The translations under genes were made by a program, and so were the position numbers. DNA of 52,385 nucleotides, taken from an uncultured bacterium. Lineage in GTDB: Bacteria > Patescibacteriota > Andersenbacteria > UBA10190 > CAIZMI01. Positions within the stretch are counted from its first letter, which is position 1, and the number at the start of each line of letters is the position of its first letter. The stretch lies in NCBI GenBank assembly GCA_903934015.1, contig CAIZMI010000041.1, forward strand, positions 1-52,385, written 5' to 3'. Below, one piece after another: positions 43,470 through 52,385 of this stretch. The notes below the pieces were generated by a model. The model searched no databases and was not told the origin of the DNA. It saw only the letters and a program-made list of their open reading frames with translations.

Positions 43470-43585
43470 TTTAAAAGTTGATCAGATTACACACAGAATT
43501 CAACATGAGCCTCCATTCCCGCAACAAGCGGGAATCCACGTTTTATATTGTATGGGCCCCCGATGTCTCGGGGGTGGTGGTTTTT
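43470..43585 (+). repeat. Intergenic repeat element, copy 2. Contains ATTCCCGC-AACAA-GCGGGAAT and CCCCCGA-TGTC-TCGGGGG hairpins followed by TTTTT.
   Basis: Aligned with 38405-38540. The second hairpin plus T-run is terminator-like. Confidence 0.6.
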
Positions 43586-43687
43586 AAAGTACTTAATAAA
43601 AACTGCAAACTATCATATCGGTGAGCAGTTACATTTGTCTTGTTTGTTAGAAATTGATTTATTTGTTAAAATATAATAAATCAAAAC

Positions 43688-44356
43688 ATGAAGTTAAAAG
43701 ATCTTCCAAAACACGAACAGCCACGGGAAAAATTAATTGAAAAAGGGGTGGAAAATTTGCGTAATCAAGAACTGCTTGCCATTATTTTACGTACCGGAAT
43801 TAAGGGGAAAGATGTGCTAAAGGTGGCAGGCGAAATTCTGGCAAAATATCCGATGCAAAAATTATTGTCGCTCGATTTTAAAACATTAGCCGAAATAAAA
43901 GGGATCGGTCAGGGAAAGGCGAGTTTGCTTTTGGCCGGTTTCGAATTAACAAAAAGGGGCTTAGAGGTTGAAGATAACAACTTGCCGACAATCAATTCGG
44001 TAAAAGAAGTGATTGCGCAGTTGCAGGAAATGCGTACGGCGAAGAAAGAGCACTTTGTGGCTCTTTATCTCAATTCCCGAAATCAGTTAGTAAATAAAGA
44101 AATAATCTCTATCGGAACGTTAAATAGCGGGATCGTTCACCCACGTGAAGTTTTTAAGCCAGCCATCGATTGTTTGGTGAGCAGTATTATTGTGGCGCAC
44201 AATCATCCGTCCGGATCACCTATTCCGTCTGAGAAAGATATTGAACTCACAAAAAGATTAGTTGAAGCCGGTAAAATATTGGGAATAGAAATATTGGATC
44301 ATGTAATAATCACTAATAAAGACTCATTCAGTTTCAAAGAAAAATTTTTGATTTAA
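43688..44356 (+). CDS. radC: RadC-like JAB/MPN domain protein
   Basis: HhH region LLAIILRTG; JAMM motif HNHPSGSPIPSEKD. Confidence 0.8.
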   Translation: MKLKDLPKHEQPREKLIEKGVENLRNQELLAIILRTGIKGKDVLKVAGEILAKYPMQKLLSLDFKTLAEIKGIGQGKASLLLAGFELTKRGLEVEDNNLPTINSVKEVIAQLQEMRTAKKEHFVALYLNSRNQLVNKEIISIGTLNSGIVHPREVFKPAIDCLVSSIIVAHNHPSGSPIPSEKDIELTKRLVEAGKILGIEILDHVIITNKDSFSFKEKFLI

Positions 44357-44543
44357 AAAAGGAGTGGTAATTTTTTGCCAATCAGAGGTTTGTTGGATCA
44401 CACGCAATTAGTGAGATACCACAGGAAATATGGTGGTATCAGTGTGTTATGTCTATACAATTTACCCTACGTAATAACGTCGTGTCATTTTTGACTGTGA
44501 CCAGGAATCAGTAACTGTTATTTGTGCTTTGAGTGGTTGTGTT

Positions 44544-44954
44544 TCATTGTGGTCTTTGTTGGCCTTGGCCGAAATTGGCCGGGGCGGTTTGGACGGACGT
44601 TGCTGTGACACTACCATCGGGGTTGGATTTGCCGTTTATTACAACCGATGTTCCTGATTGGAAATCACTTTGCGTGGCGGTTGTCGTTTTTTCGTAGGTT
44701 GTATCTGTTGTTAGTAAAACGATTTGCGAAGAGCCATCACGTGCTTTTAAGGTTAATTTATCAGTGCTGATATCTTGGATTTGACCAAATGTATTTCTTT
44801 GACCAGACGCCGTTTGGCGAAATTGGCCGTTTACTCCCGTGCCTCGTGTGCCGGTTGTCGAACGTTTTGGTGTGAAGGCTTGGTTACCGAAATATCCTCC
44901 GGCAAGACCGATGATTAAAGCGACTGCCCCTACGACGATGATATTTTTTTGCAT
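44544..44954 (-). CDS. Small secreted/anchored protein, Thr/Gln-rich
   Basis: N-terminal TM/signal; same architecture as the C-terminal domain of 48391-48957. Confidence 0.45.
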   Translation of the reverse strand: MQKNIIVVGAVALIIGLAGGYFGNQAFTPKRSTTGTRGTGVNGQFRQTASGQRNTFGQIQDISTDKLTLKARDGSSQIVLLTTDTTYEKTTTATQSDFQSGTSVVINGKSNPDGSVTATSVQTAPANFGQGQQRPQ

Positions 44955-45016
44955 GTGATTAAGTTAAAAGTTAATTATGAATCATAAACCATCTGAACCC
45001 ACCCCTGCCCTCCTTT

Positions 45017-45060
45017 TTAAGGGTTACTCCTAAAGTTGTAACTTTAGGAGTAACCCTTAA
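45017..45060. terminator. Perfect 20-bp inverted repeat (TTAAGGGTTACTCCTAAAGT-tgta-ACTTTAGGAGTAACCCTTAA). Terminator of the minus-strand macAB operon.
   Basis: Begins 6 nt after the permease stop (45066 on the minus strand). Confidence 0.7.
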
Positions 45061-45065
45061 AGTAA

Positions 45066-46286
45066 CTACTCGTAACGCAGGGCCACAATTGGTTGCATGA
45101 GTGCGGCACGACGGGCCGGATAATAGCCAAAGATGAGACCAATGGCAGAGGAAACACTAAATGCCAGTAATGGGGCAAAGTAAGAAATGCTAATCGAAAT
45201 GCCGATAAAACGGCCGGCAAAATAAGAAAGCGCAAAACCTAAGATGATGCCAATGATTCCTCCTGACGCAGTGAGAACGATCGCTTCAATTAAAAATTGC
45301 GTTAAAATATCTTTACGTTTTGCGCCGATGGCTTTGCGGATGCCGATTTCGCGCGTGCGTTCGGTAATAGTGACCAGCATTACGTTCATAATTCCTATTC
45401 CGCCGACCAATAACGAAATGGCGGCGATGCCGGAAAGTAAACCCGTAAGCGTACTGGTGGCCGTTGTGGCGGCGCCCAATATATCGGCTTGGGAACGAAT
45501 AGAAAAATCCGCTTTGGCGGGGTCGGACAAGTGGTGACGCGCTAGTAAAACAAAACCTACTTGGTTGGTGGCGGTCACCATTTCATCCGCGCTTTTGGCT
45601 TCGATGGAAATTGATTGAACGGATTTTGTGCCCAGTAGAATTTTTTGCGCCGTTGTGATTGGTACATAAACAACTTCGTCTTCGCTAAAGAAACCGTTTC
45701 CGCCCTTGGAGTTTGTTACACCAACAACACGGAAATCAACTTGTTTAATAGAGATTACTTGGCCGATTGGGTCGGCGCCCTTAAAAAGTTCTGTTGCAAC
45801 GGACGGACCAATCACTGCCACTTTTGCCATGCTGTTTACTTGGTCTTGCGTGATGAACGATCCCTGAGCTACGGTATTATTACGAATTTGCGCGTAAGCG
45901 GGAAGAACGCCGATTGTGCGATAGTTTCCATTGTTGCGACCGATTGTTACCTGGAAATTACGCGACACTTCCGCACTGACCGCTCCCACTGCGGTGATGG
46001 CGGGATTATTTGATAATGCCTTGGCGTCATCCAGGGTGAGAGTTGCCGATGATCCACCCGCGCCTTGAATACCGCGGTCGTTAGTCGAGCCAGGTTGCAC
46101 AGTTAACATGTTTGATCCAAGCGAGGAGATACTTTTGGTTACCGAGTCTTGAGCGCCTTTTCCCAATGTAATAAGTGCCACGACGGCGCCGATACCGATG
46201 ACAATGCCCAAGATTGCCAAACCGGTGCGAAGTTTGTTGCTAACAAGCGCTTCAAAAGAAGTTGCGGTGGTTTCTTTAAGATCCAT
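45066..46286 (-). CDS. MacB-type ABC permease (FtsX family, 4 TM plus periplasmic domain)
   Basis: N-terminal TM, ~220-aa periplasmic domain, and a C-terminal FtsX bundle (RTREIGIRKAIGA...). Confidence 0.75.
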   Translation of the reverse strand: MDLKETTATSFEALVSNKLRTGLAILGIVIGIGAVVALITLGKGAQDSVTKSISSLGSNMLTVQPGSTNDRGIQGAGGSSATLTLDDAKALSNNPAITAVGAVSAEVSRNFQVTIGRNNGNYRTIGVLPAYAQIRNNTVAQGSFITQDQVNSMAKVAVIGPSVATELFKGADPIGQVISIKQVDFRVVGVTNSKGGNGFFSEDEVVYVPITTAQKILLGTKSVQSISIEAKSADEMVTATNQVGFVLLARHHLSDPAKADFSIRSQADILGAATTATSTLTGLLSGIAAISLLVGGIGIMNVMLVTITERTREIGIRKAIGAKRKDILTQFLIEAIVLTASGGIIGIILGFALSYFAGRFIGISISISYFAPLLAFSVSSAIGLIFGYYPARRAALMQPIVALRYE

Positions 46287-46983
46287 ATTGTTTTACTTGA
46301 TGGTGACGAAGAGGTATTTGCTTGATATCTTCACTGATTAGGCCGTCGCGCAGAGTGACAACACGGCTTGCGTGCGCGGCGATATCGTGTTCGTGTGTGA
46401 CCATCACAATCGTATTTCCTTCGCCGTGTATTTTTCCAAAGAGGTGCATTATTTCGTCGCTCGTGACTGTATCCAAATTGCCGGTTGGCTCATCGGCTAA
46501 AATTAAACGCGGTTTGGTAATGAGTGCACGGGCAATGGCAACGCGTTGCATTTGTCCGCCGGAAATTTCATTGGAGCGACTTTCGGCTTTATCTTTTAAT
46601 CCTACTAACTCTAGTACTTTGCGTGCCTTTTCTATTCGGTTTGGGTCGTTAATATAGGCCAGTGGTAACGCTACGTTTTTAAGGATGCTCATTCTGGGTA
46701 ATAAATTAAACGCTTGAAAAACGAAACCGATTTTTTCATTGCGAATTTCGGAGAGCTGATCATCGTCAAGATTTTGTACCTGTTGACCATCTAAAATATA
46801 TTCGCCGGAGGTGGGAATATCCAATGCGCCGATGATATGCATCATTGTGGATTTGCCGGAACCGGACGGGCCCATTATTGCCACAAACTCGCCTTCAGAA
46901 ATATGCAAATTGACGCCACGCAATGCTTGCGAAATTGTTTCGCCTTGCGAATAGTTTTTTTTAATGTTCGTGAGAGTAATCAT
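46276..46983 (-). CDS. ABC transporter ATP-binding protein (MacB/LolD-type)
   Basis: [24 protein letters not shown] and [11 protein letters not shown]. Overlaps both neighbouring genes. Confidence 0.85.
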   Translation of the reverse strand: MITLTNIKKNYSQGETISQALRGVNLHISEGEFVAIMGPSGSGKSTMMHIIGALDIPTSGEYILDGQQVQNLDDDQLSEIRNEKIGFVFQAFNLLPRMSILKNVALPLAYINDPNRIEKARKVLELVGLKDKAESRSNEISGGQMQRVAIARALITKPRLILADEPTGNLDTVTSDEIMHLFGKIHGEGNTIVMVTHEHDIAAHASRVVTLRDGLISEDIKQIPLRHHQVKQYGS

Positions 46984-48386
46984 CTTCCTCCGAAACCGCC
47001 CATGCCTCCACCACGATTTGATCCTCCAAATAGGGAAGTTGCGCTACCTGTTCCGGTTGTGCCTGTGCTTGTAGTTGTACCTGTAGTGATGACGTCTCCT
47101 TCCGAGAGTCCGCTGACAATTTCCGTTTCCAAGTCGTTGCTTAAGCCAATGGTGACATTTGTCGGGGTGGTGACACCGTTTTTCATTACACTGACAGTTG
47201 CTTGCGTTCCTTGAGTTTTCACGGCGCCGTTTGGTGCCAACAAAACACGATCCTTACGATTGGTGATAATAGACGCGCTTGCTGACATTCCGGGGCGCAT
47301 GGCAGGATCGATATTTTCCAAAACAACTTCTACATTGTAGTTGGTAACACCGGAACTGGTGGTGCCGATTGTATCCATATTGATAACATGGCCGGCAAAA
47401 GTTTTATTTGGTAGGGAATCAAAAGTTAATGTCGCTGGTGCATCGACTTTAATATTTGGTATATCAACTTCGCTGATTGCAACCGTCACGCTAAGATTTG
47501 TCGGATTGAAAATTGATAAAATAGTGGAGCCTGAACTGGTGGAGGAACCGGAACTTGAAGAATTACTGGATTGTGTTCCAATAATTGACCCAACTTCCAG
47601 TGCCATATTTACTATTTGTCCGGCGATAGGAGCCGTGACTGTTTGGTTTGATAATTCTTGGAAAGAAAGAGCGGAAGAAGTTAAGTTGGCTTGCGCGGCC
47701 GAAAGTGACAGTTGCGCGCTTTTGGTTTTAAGTGATGCGGAAGTGGCGTCGCGTTGGGATGAAGATAAACTACTTTGCGCGGTGATGACACTTTGTCGCG
47801 CCTTCAGTTGGGCGGATGAAAGACCAAGCTTGGCAATTGCTTCACCGGTTTGGGCGGATAAAATATCTAAATTATTATTTACCGTTGCGTCCATCGCATC
47901 AACAATTGTTTTCTGAGCGTCTTTGACGCTTTTTTTGGCGTCGATTTGCGCGGCTTTAAGACTAAGTTGACTTGCGTTTAAATTGTTTTTCAAAATTTGT
48001 TCGTTGGCGAGTGCGTCTTGTGCTTGCTGTTGGGCACTGATAAGACTGGCCTGCGAAGAGAGGTAACTGGCACGCGCCTTGGCGATATCCGAAGCCGAAG
48101 CAAGCGACTTAAAATGAAAAAGTGCTTGGCCAACCGTTACCGTATCGCCACTTTTTACAAACAATTGATCAATGATTCCGTAGCTTGGCGCAGTAACACC
48201 GGCGAGTGTTTGCGGGGCGAGTGAACCGCTACCACTTACCGAGGTAACAAGTGTACCGATGGCGACGGTGGTAGTTTGTGGCGCCACAGTTGTTTTAGAG
48301 GTGCTGTTTTTGTACCAAAAATAACCGCCTATTAAAATTACAATGACGATGCCGATGATCCAATACTGTTTTTTATGGATTTTCAT
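46980..48386 (-). CDS. Periplasmic adaptor (HlyD/MacA-type membrane fusion protein) with a Gly-rich C-terminal tail
   Basis: N-terminal TM; biotinyl/lipoyl-like hairpin (VTSGDTVTVGQALF); long Ala/Gln/Ser coiled-coil; beta-barrel; tail [15 protein letters not shown]. Confidence 0.7.
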   Translation of the reverse strand: MKIHKKQYWIIGIVIVILIGGYFWYKNSTSKTTVAPQTTTVAIGTLVTSVSGSGSLAPQTLAGVTAPSYGIIDQLFVKSGDTVTVGQALFHFKSLASASDIAKARASYLSSQASLISAQQQAQDALANEQILKNNLNASQLSLKAAQIDAKKSVKDAQKTIVDAMDATVNNNLDILSAQTGEAIAKLGLSSAQLKARQSVITAQSSLSSSQRDATSASLKTKSAQLSLSAAQANLTSSALSFQELSNQTVTAPIAGQIVNMALEVGSIIGTQSSNSSSSGSSTSSGSTILSIFNPTNLSVTVAISEVDIPNIKVDAPATLTFDSLPNKTFAGHVINMDTIGTTSSGVTNYNVEVVLENIDPAMRPGMSASASIITNRKDRVLLAPNGAVKTQGTQATVSVMKNGVTTPTNVTIGLSNDLETEIVSGLSEGDVITTGTTTSTGTTGTGSATSLFGGSNRGGGMGGFGGR

Positions 48387-48390
48387 TAAA

Positions 48391-48957
48391 TTAATTCTTG
48401 AGTGGAATAGCTGGACTGGTGCTCGCGCTTGGCGTTGGTGGGGTATTATTCAGTATCCTGATCAATGAAGCATCAATTTGACCGTTGCCGGCGGGTCTGC
48501 CAAAAATTGCGATTTTTTGACCTTGTTGTAAATCGGAAGCTGAACCTTTACCGTTATTGTTTTGAATTACAGTTGAATTTGAAATGCTAATCACTTGCTC
48601 AACATTGCCATCATTATCTTGGATAGAAACGGAATTGCCGTTGATTGATAAAATAGTTCCCAAAATCGCGTGTGAACGAATTGGCCCGGGCTTATCTTGT
48701 CGCATCATTCCGCGTGGTTCGCGTCCTTGATCGCCAAAAAAGTTCTGTTGATAATTGTTTTGCCAGCGGGTTGAGTGACGAATGCGCGCGCGCTCAAAAG
48801 CTTGTCCACTGATAAAACCCAAAAGCAATAGCGCAATAACACCGCAGACAAAAATAGTCCGGTGCGAGATTTGTTTGTGAAGGTGTTTGATTGGTGGTAG
48901 TGCCGGTTGTGATTGTTCCGGTTTAACTTCGCTGGTTGTTTGGATAGTTTCGGTCAT
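48391..48957 (-). CDS. Membrane-anchored hypothetical protein inside the sigma-macAB operon
   Basis: One TM helix, then a beta-rich domain. Confidence 0.45.
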   Translation of the reverse strand: MTETIQTTSEVKPEQSQPALPPIKHLHKQISHRTIFVCGVIALLLLGFISGQAFERARIRHSTRWQNNYQQNFFGDQGREPRGMMRQDKPGPIRSHAILGTILSINGNSVSIQDNDGNVEQVISISNSTVIQNNNGKGSASDLQQGQKIAIFGRPAGNGQIDASLIRILNNTPPTPSASTSPAIPLKN

Positions 48958-48963
48958 GATATT

Positions 48964-49368
48964 TTAAATAAATTTAAGATGTAAAATATGTTGGCGTTCT
49001 TGTTTTTTCAGTGATGCCAGCCAGCCAAGCGCCGTGGTCGCGCCAAAAATTAGCGCTAAACTGCCAAACGGTAGGTTTTCCATTAGTCCCCACAGCATGT
49101 CTGTTGGTCGAATGGCATTAAAGTTGGCAACGGCTGTTTGCACAATTTCAAAAATACCGCTGGTGCTAATGGCTTGCCAGCCGGTAGCTAGTCCCACTGT
49201 TACCGCCAAAGTGGAGACGGTTAGGCCGATTGCCCAAAAACGACGTGAAAGTATTTCCTCTTGGTGCTGTGCGGATTTAACGGCGAAAAGCACCCGTTGT
49301 TCCAGCCCGGCCGGAACCGAGGTTTCTTTGAAAATTACCGCCAGTTTTTCGCGTTCAGATTTAGTCAT
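48964..49368 (-). CDS. Putative anti-sigma factor (membrane protein)
   Basis: Immediately downstream of the ECF sigma gene with an 8-nt overlap; cytoplasmic N-terminus and two TM helices. Confidence 0.4.
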   Translation of the reverse strand: MTKSEREKLAVIFKETSVPAGLEQRVLFAVKSAQHQEEILSRRFWAIGLTVSTLAVTVGLATGWQAISTSGIFEIVQTAVANFNAIRPTDMLWGLMENLPFGSLALIFGATTALGWLASLKKQERQHILHLKFI

Positions 49369-50029
49369 TACTCTTTAATACGATATTGGGTGCATTGGAG
49401 GGTTCATTTTTTGTTTCTCTTTTTAATCCCTCCCAACCTCCCTTTGAATAAAGGGAGGAGACGTCTTTTGATTTGTCATTTTTGGTTTTTGCTTCTCGAA
49501 ACGCCTCGCGGGCGCGTCGCAAACGTGTGCGAATCGTCTCCTCCGGTTTTTTGAGAATTACGGCAATTTCCGGCACGGTCAGTTCATCTAAATAATGAAG
49601 TGTGAGTACCTCTTTTTCACTGTCGGATAACAAGGAAAGAAGTGTGCTCACCAATACCGCGTTCTCATTTTTTTCTGCCAGTTCTTTTGGTGAAGCATTT
49701 TTAGTGGGAGTATTTTCCAACTGAAATTGTTCTGTTTCCGAGAGAGATGAAAAGGGTAAAGTTTTTTTCTTTCGAAAATAATCAAAAGCGCAGTTACGTG
49801 CAATCCGTAACAGCCACGGTTTAAACGTTTTTTGTACATCAAAAAGATGGATGTTTTTCCACGCTCTTATAAAAGATTCCTGGGATAATTCTTCGGCATT
49901 CTCCTTATTACCCACAAGTCGATGGAGATAACGGTAAACTAAAGGCAAATATTTTACTACCATAATATCGAAGGCTGCTTTTTCGCCTTTCTGGATTTTC
50001 ATCAATAAAATAGTGTCTTCTTGGTCCAT
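49361..50029 (-). CDS. ECF-type sigma-70 family sigma factor
   Basis: Start at the internal ATG (MDQEDTILLMKIQKGEKAAFD). Region 2 (FKPWLLRIARNCAFDYFR); region 4 (LDELTVPEIAVILKKPEETIRTRL). Confidence 0.7.
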   Translation of the reverse strand: MDQEDTILLMKIQKGEKAAFDIMVVKYLPLVYRYLHRLVGNKENAEELSQESFIRAWKNIHLFDVQKTFKPWLLRIARNCAFDYFRKKKTLPFSSLSETEQFQLENTPTKNASPKELAEKNENAVLVSTLLSLLSDSEKEVLTLHYLDELTVPEIAVILKKPEETIRTRLRRAREAFREAKTKNDKSKDVSSLYSKGGWEGLKRETKNEPSNAPNIVLKSND

Positions 50030-50192
50030 ACGGTTGCCAGTATGAGGCGATTCGCGACTGCAGACAAGACAATTATGATTCAAACATATATGGCCTATTG
50101 GCAGTTTTATTTATGATTGGTCGAAATATTAATATTATTTATGGTTTATGGAATAATATTTAAACAGTAAAACAAGGTGCTATAATTGTGGA

Positions 50193-52109
50193 ATGAATAG
50201 ATTACTCAAGTTTGCGGGCGTGTTAGCGGCCTTTCTGAGCCTGTTTTCTTGCAGTGTGGCACGAGCGCAGATTGAAAATTCGGAAAAGATTTTGAATTTT
50301 AAAAGCGATATTGTAGTTAATAAAGACGCTTCGTTGGAAGTTAAAGAGACGATAACCGTCAATGCTAATGGTGATCGGATTATTCACGGCATTTATCGCG
50401 ATTTTCCGACAAGATATAAGACTTTGGCCGGTAAAAGCATAAAAGTTGATTTTAAAGTCATTAGTGTGCAAAGAGACGGTAATGATGAAGATTTTCATAC
50501 AGAAAAAATATCCAACGGAGTAAGGGTATATTTCGGGAATGCAGATGTGAATGTGGATCAAGGGGAACACACATATGTTTTCTTGTATAAAACCAACCGG
50601 CAAATAGGTTTTTTTGAAGATCATGATGAACTTTACTGGAACGTCACGGGAAATGGTTGGGTTTTTCCAATTGAAAAAGTAACAGCAAATGTTTTTTTAC
50701 CGGACGGTATTGATTCAAAAAATATTAAATTAGCGGGTTATACCGGGGAGCAAGGCGCAACTAATTCCGACTTTAATAGTTCGCTTGAGCGAGGCGGGGC
50801 CACATTCGTCTCCACCATTCCTTTAAAAAAAGAAGAAGGTCTCACTGTTGTCGTCGTTTGGCCAAAAGGGTTTGTTGCTCCGCCGAGTAGTGAGCAAAAA
50901 ATGCTGGAAATGTTGCAGGAAAACATGGGAGCAATTGTCGGTATTGCGGGAATTATTATTATTCTTTTTTATTATGTTCGTGTTTGGCAAAGGATCGGGC
51001 GTGATCCCAAAAAGGGCGCGATTATTGCTCAATATGATCCTCCGCGTAATCTTTCTCCTTCCGCTCTGTCATACGTTTCGAAAAGGGGTTATTCAAACGA
51101 AACTTTTGTTTCGGCAATATTATCCTTAGCCGTAAAAGGTAACCTTGTAATAAAGGAAAACGAAAATAAATATGAACTGCAAAAAATTGATACCGCACGG
51201 AAAATTTTTGCAAATGATGAAGAAGTGGTGTTTGAAAAACTATTTAACAACAGGGTTTCTCTGGAATTAGAGCAGGCAAATCATAGTATTTTAAGTAGTG
51301 CGATAACAGCTTTAAAAAACGAGCTGAAAAATAATTTGGGAAATTATTTTAAATGGAATTTAGGATACATATCTTTTGGAATATTTCTTTCCCTCTTGTT
51401 TTTTATTCCAACGGCCGCTTTTTTTGCGTCTTTATCCGACCGGCTCGGGTTTTTCTCGATGTGGCTGTCTATTTGGACGATCGGAGTTATTGCAATTTCC
51501 GCGGGAGTATTTTCCGCTTGGAAAAAGACTAATGCGGGAATTATGGCAAAATTTGTGGCAAGCGCGATTACTTTATTTGCGGTGCCTTTTTGGTTTGCGC
51601 AAATTTTCGTATTAGCTCTTGTCTATAAAGAATCGCCGATTTTCCTTTTTATCTTTCTGCTGTTCTGGGTGATTAATATTGTATTTGTGCTATTGCTTCC
51701 GTCTAGAACGTCGGATGGACGCATGTTGATGGATGAAATCGAAGGTTTTAGATTGTTTCTCTCCGTTACGGAAAAAGATCGGTTGAATTTCCATAATCCC
51801 CCCGGCAAGACGCCGGAGCTTTTTGAAAAGTTTCTGCCTTATGCGCTTGCCTTGGGCGTGGAACATAAATGGGCGGCGCAATTTGCGGAAATGTTTGCAG
51901 GATTGAGTGCACGGGGAACAGGATATTCTCCCACATGGTATGCAGGAAACAACTTTAACGCCCTGAACATGTCCAGTACGATTGCTTCTTTTAGTAATTC
52001 ATTTTCCGGCGCAATATCGTCATCGTCGATGGCGCCAGGTTCGAGTTCCGGTTTAAGTGGCGGTTCTTCCGGTGGAGGAGGAGGGGGCGGTGGCGGCGGT
52101 GGCTGGTAG
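50193..52109 (+). CDS. DUF2207-family membrane protein with a poly-Gly C-terminus
   Basis: Signal peptide, ~230-aa extracytoplasmic N-domain, multiple TM helices, and a C-terminal [21 protein letters not shown] tail characteristic of DUF2207. Confidence 0.6.
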   Translation: MNRLLKFAGVLAAFLSLFSCSVARAQIENSEKILNFKSDIVVNKDASLEVKETITVNANGDRIIHGIYRDFPTRYKTLAGKSIKVDFKVISVQRDGNDEDFHTEKISNGVRVYFGNADVNVDQGEHTYVFLYKTNRQIGFFEDHDELYWNVTGNGWVFPIEKVTANVFLPDGIDSKNIKLAGYTGEQGATNSDFNSSLERGGATFVSTIPLKKEEGLTVVVVWPKGFVAPPSSEQKMLEMLQENMGAIVGIAGIIIILFYYVRVWQRIGRDPKKGAIIAQYDPPRNLSPSALSYVSKRGYSNETFVSAILSLAVKGNLVIKENENKYELQKIDTARKIFANDEEVVFEKLFNNRVSLELEQANHSILSSAITALKNELKNNLGNYFKWNLGYISFGIFLSLLFFIPTAAFFASLSDRLGFFSMWLSIWTIGVIAISAGVFSAWKKTNAGIMAKFVASAITLFAVPFWFAQIFVLALVYKESPIFLFIFLLFWVINIVFVLLLPSRTSDGRMLMDEIEGFRLFLSVTEKDRLNFHNPPGKTPELFEKFLPYALALGVEHKWAAQFAEMFAGLSARGTGYSPTWYAGNNFNALNMSSTIASFSNSFSGAISSSSMAPGSSSGLSGGSSGGGGGGGGGGGW

Positions 52110-52385
52110 AACAAATGCACCATTAGTATGATAAATGTCCTTAAGGCCTCGTTCACAAATAAATTCCCCATCTTACGCTCACTGCATCTTTGACCATAGT
52201 TGCGCATTCTGGATGAACTCCAGGCTCTTTCTTGATTAATTGCTTGGGGACTGTCAACTTAATTGTGTCTGCTTCTCCGTTTCGTTTAAATATTTAAAAT
52301 TTGGAATCGGATATTTCATAAAGTTTTTTTCTTCAAATTCTTTAATAATCATAAATACATAATCAAGTAAATATTCAGGGCTCTC

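Noticed and set aside
51839-52207. Minus-strand ORF encoding a poly-proline run
   Set aside because: It is simply the reverse complement of the poly-Gly tail (GGN repeats) of the DUF2207 gene.

Overview
The window is a 52.4 kb stretch of a low-GC (about 40%) bacterial chromosome with short intergenic spacers and a cell-envelope-heavy gene content. The standard code 11 is in use: TGA, TAA and TAG all terminate clearly homologous genes. I call about 58 protein genes and no rRNA, tRNA or CRISPR.

The main blocks are:
- 1-5540: a co-oriented run of unrelated small accessory genes (two APH-type kinases, a P-loop kinase, DUF4037 / nucleotidyltransferase-like, TspO, NUDIX, NTF2-like, then histidine phosphatase, serine hydrolase and a TGS-like methyltransferase). 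Five gene-group 3' ends carry the same ~29-bp motif AACAATAGTGTAGTCAGGGGTGGGGTAAA over the stop codon. Two copies are extended into a ~230-bp element with a terminator-like hairpin, one with a G15 tract. This looks like an integron-like cassette array; no integrase is visible in the window.
- 7490-10252 and 19946-22408: two paralogous giant secreted Ig-repeat surface proteins. One has an N-terminal DUF2341/LamG-like domain, the other a PA14 domain. Two secreted DUF4214-repeat proteins sit nearby.
- 14128-17731: an ArsR-glutaredoxin-DUF2892 module, then an ECF sigma / anti-sigma / thioredoxin-like / COG0701 permease module.
- 33467-38403: a higher-GC island. A SAM-I-like riboswitch candidate with a terminator lies upstream of a bacterial major vault protein (MVP) homolog. 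It is followed by an MTA/SAH nucleosidase and a MacB/FtsX-type ABC permease plus ATPase.
- 38599-43346: an LMW protein-tyrosine phosphatase, a beta-carbonic-anhydrase-like secreted protein, and a pair of overlapping MsbA-like ABC half-transporters.
- 45017-52109: a tight minus-strand operon (ECF sigma, anti-sigma, secreted protein, HlyD/MacA adaptor, ABC ATPase, MacB permease) closed by a 20-bp perfect terminator, and a divergent DUF2207 membrane protein with a poly-Gly tail.

Other calls include RsgA, a TfoX_N-domain protein, a DEAD-box helicase, RadC, an MFS transporter behind a candidate leader-peptide attenuator with a perfect 16-bp palindromic operator, a pentapeptide-repeat protein, and a TrmB-family regulator interrupted by an in-frame TAG. 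A family of GC-rich intergenic hairpin repeats recurs at five places.

Every homology call is from reading motifs by eye; none is search-verified.
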